From positions 1-40,997 of the forward strand of contig NZWA01000089.1 of the NCBI GenBank assembly GCA_002697505.1: a stretch of 40,997 nucleotides of DNA. Direction: 5' to 3'. Position numbers and translations under genes: made by a program. The notes under the pieces are model-generated. The model did not search any database and was not told the origin of the DNA. It worked only from the letters and a program-made list of their open reading frames with translations. The number at the start of each line of letters is the position of its first letter. Within the stretch, counting starts at the first letter, position 1. Shown here one piece after another: positions 36,620-40,997 of this stretch. This DNA is from Flavobacteriales bacterium. Lineage in GTDB: Bacteria; Bacteroidota; Bacteroidia; Flavobacteriales; BACL11.

Positions 36620-37350
36620 TGATTCAGGCATCAGTATTTTCAATACCTAAAAGTAAAATAATGATATATACTGGTGCCAAACTTGGTTCAAGTCAAATAA
36701 GAAATATTTATTTAAGAAATGTCAATTATGAACACTTTGTGAGTGATGAAACTGATTATGAAAAATATGAAGATTATATTAAAGTATTTTTATATAGGAA
36801 TCCAATGGACAGATTCTTATCTGGTCAAGTCCAAGATTTGAGAGGATATTTTGAGGGTGTTGAATTTCATGAAGATATTTTTAAAAATAGACCAGATTTA
36901 GTTGATGATTTATACAGAATCTATACAGAGGAAAAAGATGAAGTTATTTATAACCACCATTCAATTATAGATTTACATGAAAGAATACATGTACTTAATA
37001 GATTTAAAGATTTAAATAAAGTTCATTTTATTAATCTAAAACAAGATTGGAGTAATTATTTAGAATGGTTTTTGTCTAAACAAATTGATAATTTTGATTG
37101 GGATAGAGAAAAACCCATAAATCACAAGTATGAAGTAAATACATTAAAAACTCTCTTAATACATGATGAACGATTTAAAAAAATAGATTTTATGGACAAC
37201 ATACTTACTGAAAAATACATTGAAGATATGAAGAAATCTATGGAAGTTTTTTCATATATTGAAACTCATAATAAAAATAGATTCATAACAAAGAGAGTTA
37301 CAAAAATCAGTAGAAAAAGTATTTTTTTTAAGGAGTTATTTTCCATATAA
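36619..37350 (+). CDS. Sulfotransferase-like protein (Sulfotransfer_2-type motifs)
   Basis: FSIPKSK (a 5'-PSB-like IPK-x-G/S) and VFLYRNPMDRFLSG (a 3'-PB-like RnP-x-x-R-x-x-S). Weak but specific-looking. Confidence 0.35.
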   Translation: MIQASVFSIPKSKIMIYTGAKLGSSQIRNIYLRNVNYEHFVSDETDYEKYEDYIKVFLYRNPMDRFLSGQVQDLRGYFEGVEFHEDIFKNRPDLVDDLYRIYTEEKDEVIYNHHSIIDLHERIHVLNRFKDLNKVHFINLKQDWSNYLEWFLSKQIDNFDWDREKPINHKYEVNTLKTLLIHDERFKKIDFMDNILTEKYIEDMKKSMEVFSYIETHNKNRFITKRVTKISRKSIFFKELFSI

Positions 37351-37363
37351 GTTTTTTAGAAGT

Positions 37364-37690
37364 TTGATATTTATAGTAGAATACAAACTATGGAGAATTA
37401 CCTTGAACCAAAAAGACAGAACAGAATTTGACCTAATCCACAATAAGATTGACCACATTACACAATCTATTGATGAGTTGAAACAAGAGATGGAGACTGC
37501 ACATTTAAAGACAGATGAAAATCTCAGTTTTATTAAAGAGAATCTATTCAATCCACACGAGGGATTATGGGCAGAAACAAAACTCAATACACAATTCAGA
37601 AAAGATTCACAGAAATGGAGAGGTGTGATTGGGACAGGTTTTGTAGGGTTATTGTTCAAACATATTTGGGACATGTTCAAAGTATCGTAG
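37364..37690 (+). CDS. Hypothetical coiled-coil protein with a C-terminal hydrophobic segment
   Basis: TTG start (uncertain). IDELKQEMETAHLKTDENL forms the coiled coil. The C-terminal segment is GVIGTGFVGLLFKHIW. Confidence 0.4.
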   Translation: MIFIVEYKLWRITLNQKDRTEFDLIHNKIDHITQSIDELKQEMETAHLKTDENLSFIKENLFNPHEGLWAETKLNTQFRKDSQKWRGVIGTGFVGLLFKHIWDMFKVS

Positions 37691-37745
37691 GTTATACATC
37701 AAAGTAACGACTCGCTTAATTTTTTTACAAAGTTTAGAAAATTTC

Positions 37746-37780
37746 TTGTATTTTTTCTATGAAGTTATATATGTATATAT
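37746..37780 (+). promoter_or_regulatory. Class B intergenic motif, copy 3 (slightly divergent)
   Basis: TTGTAT is at 37746-37751 and TATATATGTATATAT at 37766-37780. Confidence 0.35.
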
Positions 37781-37822
37781 GAGTGGGTATGATTCCAACA
37801 AAGTTTAAACGATTAGAAGAAA

Positions 37823-37847
37823 GGTGATTCACCTGTCGGTGAACACC
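37823..37847 (+). other. Strong stem-loop in the leader of the 37878 gene
   Basis: GGTGATTCACC tgtc GGTGAACACC forms 10 bp with one bulged A and a 4-nt loop, followed by ATTTCAT. It could be an attenuator, a terminator or a processing site. Confidence 0.45.
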
Positions 37848-37877
37848 ATTTCATAAATCAAATAAAGGATACAAATA

Positions 37878-38228
37878 ATGAAATTGGTCAAGTTATTATT
37901 AATGTTTTTGTTCGTGGGAGTACTGCGTTCCCAAACACATCAAACCGAGATAATTCCATATAGATTAGTTCCATCTCAAGCCGAGGGTTATGGTTGTTGG
38001 TTAGAGATTGAATTCATTGGATTACCGCAATCCATGATTGATAATGAGGAGTTGATGGATACTTTGCAACGATTAGTGGTGAGTAAGGAGACAGGCGAGA
38101 TAGGATTCCACGAGAGGGATTTCACTCGTGGTGGTAAACAATATGTTCTCGTGAAAATCCAAGTGCCTTCACCTTATAGTGTGATGCCGAAATCCGTTGA
38201 GATGAATGTAAAGGAATGGGATGAGTAG
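37878..38228 (+). CDS. Secreted/periplasmic hypothetical protein
   Basis: Signal peptide MKLVKLLLMFLFVGVLRS/QT. 116 aa. Confidence 0.55.
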   Translation: MKLVKLLLMFLFVGVLRSQTHQTEIIPYRLVPSQAEGYGCWLEIEFIGLPQSMIDNEELMDTLQRLVVSKETGEIGFHERDFTRGGKQYVLVKIQVPSPYSVMPKSVEMNVKEWDE

Positions 38229-38487
38229 AATGAATAATATCATGAATAATATTTTTGATATAATCATCTCATTGGTGCGAATCGGTGTAGAGTATATGAA
38301 AGAATTTATATTGAGCGTTGTAAAAACAATCAATAGTGATAAGATGATTGAAAGAAAGAAAGAGAATATGTGGAATGGTGGAGAGACAAATAAACACCAA
38401 CACGCGAATGGTTATGAAGTGAAAGATATCACCGATACACCATACGATGAAATTAATGTAATATATGATGGAGTATATGATGATTGA
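38221..38487 (+). CDS. Hypothetical protein
   Basis: 88-aa coupled ORF with a hydrophobic N-terminus. Confidence 0.45.
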   Translation: MSRMNNIMNNIFDIIISLVRIGVEYMKEFILSVVKTINSDKMIERKKENMWNGGETNKHQHANGYEVKDITDTPYDEINVIYDGVYDD

Positions 38488-38602
38488 ATGGATGGATACA
38501 ATAATAACAATAGTGTTTGTGATTGCGTTCTATAAATTGAATGTAAATCTTGATAGAGATATCTTTGAACAATATAGAGAAGTAGAGAGAGAATTAAGAT
38601 GA
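38477..38602 (+). CDS. Unlisted 41-aa single-TM protein (paralogue B of 36258-36371)
   Basis: The product is MMIEWMDTIITIVFVIAFYKLNVNLDRDIFEQYREVERELR. It overlaps the upstream stop. It aligns end to end with paralogue A. Confidence 0.55.
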   Translation: MMIEWMDTIITIVFVIAFYKLNVNLDRDIFEQYREVERELR

Positions 38603-38706
38603 CTATTATGGGTAATTACTGCGTTAATAGAATGGGAAGTAGAACACTCACCATGAGAACTATTATTCGTGAGAGAAAACTGCGTAAACTTCGTACCACA
38701 CGATAA
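38599..38706 (+). CDS. Unlisted 35-aa Arg-rich micro-ORF
   Basis: ATGA overlap with the upstream stop. The product is MTIMGNYCVNRMGSRTLTMRTIIRERKLRKLRTTR. Coding status uncertain. Confidence 0.3.
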   Translation: MTIMGNYCVNRMGSRTLTMRTIIRERKLRKLRTTR

Positions 38707-38707
38707 T

Positions 38708-38881
38708 ATGTGGGATTGGATACAACAAAACGCGTGGATTGTTATATGGATATTGTTAACACCTTTGATGTTGTTCATAGGAATGGTGCATTATATATTA
38801 CTTCAGTTCGAGAATTGGAAGTTAATGGATTGGGATAAAGACCGTTGGGATGATGATAATATGGAGGATTTATTCAAATGA
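38708..38881 (+). CDS. 57-aa single-TM protein
   Basis: The ATG at 38708 lies 2 nt after the upstream stop, whereas the track uses the GTG at 38669. TM helix AWIVIWILLTPLMLFIGMV. Acidic Trp/Asp-rich tail. Confidence 0.45.
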   Translation: MWDWIQQNAWIVIWILLTPLMLFIGMVHYILLQFENWKLMDWDKDRWDDDNMEDLFK

Positions 38882-38896
38882 TTTACGAGGTAAATA

Positions 38897-38989
38897 ATGA
38901 GTGATGCCAATATAATATACTTATGTATAATGTTTATGGTGAATGGATTTATATTAGGTGTAGTGTTGAGAGGGAACTTTTTAGAATGA
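38897..38989 (+). CDS. Unlisted 30-aa hydrophobic micro-ORF
   Basis: GAGG lies 6 nt upstream. The product is MSDANIIYLCIMFMVNGFILGVVLRGNFLE. Confidence 0.35.
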   Translation: MSDANIIYLCIMFMVNGFILGVVLRGNFLE

Positions 38990-39060
38990 TATACTTCTTA
39001 ATAGGAATTACTTTATTTTGTTGGATAATGGCAACCTACTATATAATAAAGGATGATTAA
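38986..39060 (+). CDS. Unlisted 24-aa hydrophobic micro-ORF
   Basis: ATGA overlap. The product is MIYFLIGITLFCWIMATYYIIKDD. Confidence 0.3.
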   Translation: MIYFLIGITLFCWIMATYYIIKDD

Positions 39061-39062
39061 CC

Positions 39063-39149
39063 ATGAGTGGATTCGAGAAAGCAACCATTAGGGTACTCTC
39101 TATCATTATAATAGGGTTATTCCTTATACTCTATCTTCGATTATTGTAA
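39063..39149 (+). CDS. Unlisted 28-aa hydrophobic micro-ORF
   Basis: The product is MSGFEKATIRVLSIIIIGLFLILYLRLL. It starts 2 nt after the preceding stop. Confidence 0.35.
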   Translation: MSGFEKATIRVLSIIIIGLFLILYLRLL

Positions 39150-39245
39150 ACACCACTTCGTGGGTTGCATATTCTGAGGAAATAACTATACCGATTTTTA
39201 AACACCACACTTAGACACTTTAAACCACTTTTCCCCCCTTTTTAT

Positions 39246-39278
39246 ATTTATTAACACAGATAAAGTGTGTTATTAAAT
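39246..39278. promoter_or_regulatory. Imperfect palindrome (13-nt arms, 12/13 paired, 7-nt spacer)
   Basis: ATTTATTAACACA gataaag TGTGTTATTAAAT, located upstream of the HTH gene. Confidence 0.4.
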
Positions 39279-39318
39279 CTATTCCGATATAGTGTTATAT
39301 ACTGCGTGTACCTTGGTC

Positions 39319-39335
39319 TATGACACTTTGTCATA
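39319..39335. promoter_or_regulatory. Palindromic operator-like site TATGACA-ctt-TGTCATA
   Basis: Perfect 7-bp arms. A near-identical copy lies at 40430-40445, and a half-site TATGACA overlaps the start codon at 39388-39394. Confidence 0.45.
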
Positions 39336-39388
39336 CATGGGTTTTTGATACCCTTTTTTGTAGCAAAAAATAATATTGCGGAGAAAGT

Positions 39389-40060
39389 ATGACAAAATTA
39401 CAGATAAAACCGAATAAACGAGGTAGACCTGCCAAGACTTATACCTATAATCAGATAAATCACGCTATTCAGAGTACTGAATCCATGAAAATGGCCAGTG
39501 AATATCTGAATATGAGTTATAATAATTTCAAAAAATGGGCAAAAATCCATAAATTATGGAACCCATTACCCACAAGTGCTGGTATAAGACGGCGTAATTC
39601 TGTTAAAATCAGCCCGCATAACCTTGAAAAAATCCTAAATGGGGAGAATCCTAGCCCTTATAGAGAGACAATTTTACTAAAAAAATGTTTCCAAGAGGGA
39701 TATTTGAAACAAGAATGTAGTTGTTGCGGTACTGATTTCTCATATATAGAGAATAATCTATGGCCTTTAGTATTGGACTTCCTCGATAAAAATCATAAAA
39801 ACACCAAACTTGAGAACTTACGAACACTATGCTTGAACTGTGTATATACATTACAGACAGGAATTAAGGGTTGGTATAGACATCGCAACATTCCATTGAA
39901 TGATGTAGTGGATAATAGGTTACCGCGTGATATACATATAGAACCACGAGAATCAGCTATATCCGTTACAACGGAGGATAACGCAGTACCTATAGAGGAT
40001 AACGAACAAAGCGTTGACTTCATCCCATTTGAAGAGTTCCAAAAAACTTTAGAAAATTAA
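39389..40060 (+). CDS. HTH-like N-terminal domain plus a Zn-ribbon/HNH-like (His-Me finger, catalytic His substituted) C-terminal domain; putative regulator or degenerate homing endonuclease
   Basis: The N-terminus is KRGRPAKTYTYNQINHAIQSTESMKMASEYLNMSYNNFKKWAK. The C-terminus is ECSCCG...LVLDFLDKNHKNTKLENLRTLCLNC, which parallels CxxC...l.vDHid.N..N...NL..lC..CN. Confidence 0.4.
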   Translation: MTKLQIKPNKRGRPAKTYTYNQINHAIQSTESMKMASEYLNMSYNNFKKWAKIHKLWNPLPTSAGIRRRNSVKISPHNLEKILNGENPSPYRETILLKKCFQEGYLKQECSCCGTDFSYIENNLWPLVLDFLDKNHKNTKLENLRTLCLNCVYTLQTGIKGWYRHRNIPLNDVVDNRLPRDIHIEPRESAISVTTEDNAVPIEDNEQSVDFIPFEEFQKTLEN

Positions 40061-40099
40061 AGAAAACACTTGACTCATATAGGGAAAAAGCCTTATATT
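40061..40099 (+). promoter_or_regulatory. Class A promoter, copy 4
   Basis: AGAAAACACTTGACTCATATAG...TATATT. The -35 TTGACT is at 40070-40075 and the -10 at 40094-40099, with an 18-nt spacer. Confidence 0.55.
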
Positions 40100-40177
40100 T
40101 AGGGTGTGCCCTTTTTTACATCGCGTGCAAGTTAGGATTGCGTGCCCGATATATTATCTTGAGTTAACCCGATTCGC

Positions 40178-40255
40178 TTAATGTATTACTTCAAGCGTGC
40201 TCCTGTTTTCACTTAAAGTAATACTTGAGGTTAAAGTAATACTCGAAGTGCGTAC
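40178..40255 (+). repeat. Repeat cluster: exact 13-mer TTAAAGTAATACT twice (40213-40225, 40231-40243) plus an inverted/variant copy TTAATGTATTACT (40178-40190)
   Basis: GTATTACTT (40183-40191) is the exact complement of AAGTAATAC at 40216-40224 and at 40234-40242. GCGTGC hexamers lie at 40123, 40140 and 40195. GTGCGTACT occurs at 40248 and 40531. Confidence 0.55.
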
Positions 40256-40397
40256 TCTTAATAATGATTTAATACAGTACAACACAACCAGCTTAGCTTG
40301 CAATAAAATATAATGCTAGCCTCACTATACAAGGGTATAATATGCAAGTCAAGCACAATGTGACAAAATAACAGACACACAAAACAATAGGGGGGCT

Positions 40398-40426
40398 CCC
40401 AGGCAATTAATCGTTAATGGGCTGGG
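40398..40426 (+). other. Imperfect stem-loop CCCAGGCAATTAA tcg TTAATGGGCTGGG
   Basis: 5 + 1 + 5 base pairs with two mismatches and a 3-nt loop, inside the gene-free region. Confidence 0.3.
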
Positions 40427-40429
40427 CTG

Positions 40430-40445
40430 TATGACAATTTGTCAG
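40430..40445. promoter_or_regulatory. Second copy of the TATGACA-NTT-TGTCA palindrome
   Basis: TATGACAattTGTCAg matches 14 of 15 positions of the site at 39319-39333. Confidence 0.45.
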
Positions 40446-40600
40446 ACTTGCCATACTCGTGCTTATATCGGCGTGGCTTTTTTTCCCTAAGCGAATTAAT
40501 AACACATTCTATCTCTATCGAGATATATGGGTGCGTACTATTATTTATCGCTAGCTTGATATTTAGTATTAATAAGGTTTGATTCATAGAAGGAGTTATT

Positions 40601-40699
40601 ATGCAGGAATTCAATACAATCGGTTTAGATATACATTTCTTAATAGTGGTGTTGATTATTATTATTGCTATGTTAGTATATGACTATTCACAGTCATGA
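40601..40699 (+). CDS. Unlisted 32-aa single-TM micro-ORF
   Basis: AGGAG at 40591-40595 lies 5 nt before the ATG. The product is MQEFNTIGLDIHFLIVVLIIIIAMLVYDYSQS. Confidence 0.4.
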   Translation: MQEFNTIGLDIHFLIVVLIIIIAMLVYDYSQS

Positions 40700-40997
40700 A
40701 TGTAGTACTCTCTATTATATTGTTCTTTATACTACCATGTATATTATTATCAAGAGGTACTATCGCAGAAGATAACTTTGAACCTCAATTAGATAAGATT
40801 GCTCATTTAGGTGTATCGTTTGGTTTATACTATACATTCTATACATTATATAGTGATTCGTTATTAATCACTTTATCTGATAGTATACCGATTCCATTAC
40901 ACTCTATGATTAGTGCCACCGCGATTGGATTCTCTTATGAAGTATATCAGAGTACCACATTCTCGAAGAGTGATGGATTTAGTAAACACGATATGGT
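40696..40997 (+). CDS. Membrane protein, 3' end outside the window (possibly VanZ-like)
   Basis: ATGA overlap with the upstream stop. The frame stays open to the window end. The product reads MNVVLSIILFFILPCILL...DKIAHLGVSFGLYYTF...YEVYQSTTFSKSDGFS. The DK..H and E..Q...D spacing recalls VanZ-type proteins. Weak. Confidence 0.4.
   Translation, partial: MNVVLSIILFFILPCILLSRGTIAEDNFEPQLDKIAHLGVSFGLYYTFYTLYSDSLLITLSDSIPIPLHSMISATAIGFSYEVYQSTTFSKSDGFSKHDM

Noticed and set aside
40101-40118. Mini hairpin AGGG-tgtg-CCCT followed by T6 immediately after promoter copy 4, as a terminator
   Set aside because: The stem has only 4 bp and sits at or within a few nt of the predicted transcription start. 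That is too weak and too close to be called a terminator.
40449-40477. GCCA...TGGC followed by T7 as a rho-independent terminator
   Set aside because: The stem is only 4-5 bp with an ~18-nt loop. The T-run alone is not sufficient evidence.
1253-40614. All minus-strand ORFs in the track (61-114 aa; for example 1253..1456, 9768..10037, 11715..12011, 25533..25787, 28481..28753, 33402..33725, 37336..37680, 39651..40023, 40414..40614)
   Set aside because: Each lies antisense inside, or across, a longer + strand gene with recognisable motifs or coupling signals. They have low-complexity Ser/Leu/Ile-rich translations typical of shadow ORFs in AT-rich DNA, and none has a convincing RBS. The whole window reads as unidirectional.
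1-40997. tRNA/rRNA genes, CRISPR arrays, integrase/att sites, transposases, prophage boundaries
   Set aside because: I found no T-loop-like GTTCRANNC within cloverleaf context in the non-coding stretches, and no regularly spaced direct repeats with unique spacers. No tyrosine or serine recombinase or DDE motifs were recognised. Gene content is phage-like from end to end.

Overview
This is an AT-rich (roughly one-third GC by eye), gene-dense fragment of a large T4-like dsDNA phage, probably uncultured and marine. The T4-like assignment rests on a gp43/gp45/gp44/gp62-type replisome. All ~65 credible genes lie on the + strand, and most are translationally coupled through ATGA or TAATG overlaps.

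Gene order:
- The window opens with the 3' end of a class II ribonucleotide reductase.
- Next is a complete TonB-dependent outer-membrane receptor with its own terminator.
- The replisome block follows (family-B DNA polymerase, sliding clamp, two clamp-loader subunits). Every junction of this normally contiguous block carries an insert: an HNH-like ORF, an SPPY-motif methyltransferase, and a 5.1-kb six-gene cassette. The cassette encodes amide-bond-type enzymes, including a class-II aaRS-like::GNAT fusion and an ATP-grasp-like::degenerate-Hint protein.
- Then come a ClpP-like protease, a DUF1599/MazG-like protein, a truncated UDP-glucose-dehydrogenase-like protein, a Cas4-like nuclease and a DUF2493 protein.
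- A ~16-18 kb glycan biosynthesis and decoration island follows. It has at least 7 glycosyltransferase-like genes plus a CMP-sugar synthetase, DUF115/Maf-like transferase, pyruvate-aldolase-fold enzyme, Fe-S protein, HAD phosphatase, SDR epimerase, deacetylase, radical SAM/SPASM enzyme, SGNH esterase and a sulfotransferase-like protein. No flippase, polymerase or priming transferase is present.
- The last ~3.3 kb is compositionally distinct (CpG near expectation, against a CpG-depleted main body). It holds micro-ORFs for single-TM peptides, an HTH + HNH-like gene, palindromic operators and a ~540-bp gene-free, repeat-rich region.

Two recurrent intergenic motifs look like two promoter classes. 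I recognised no rRNA, tRNA, CRISPR array, integrase or transposase. All functional calls come from motif recognition by eye, not from database searches.
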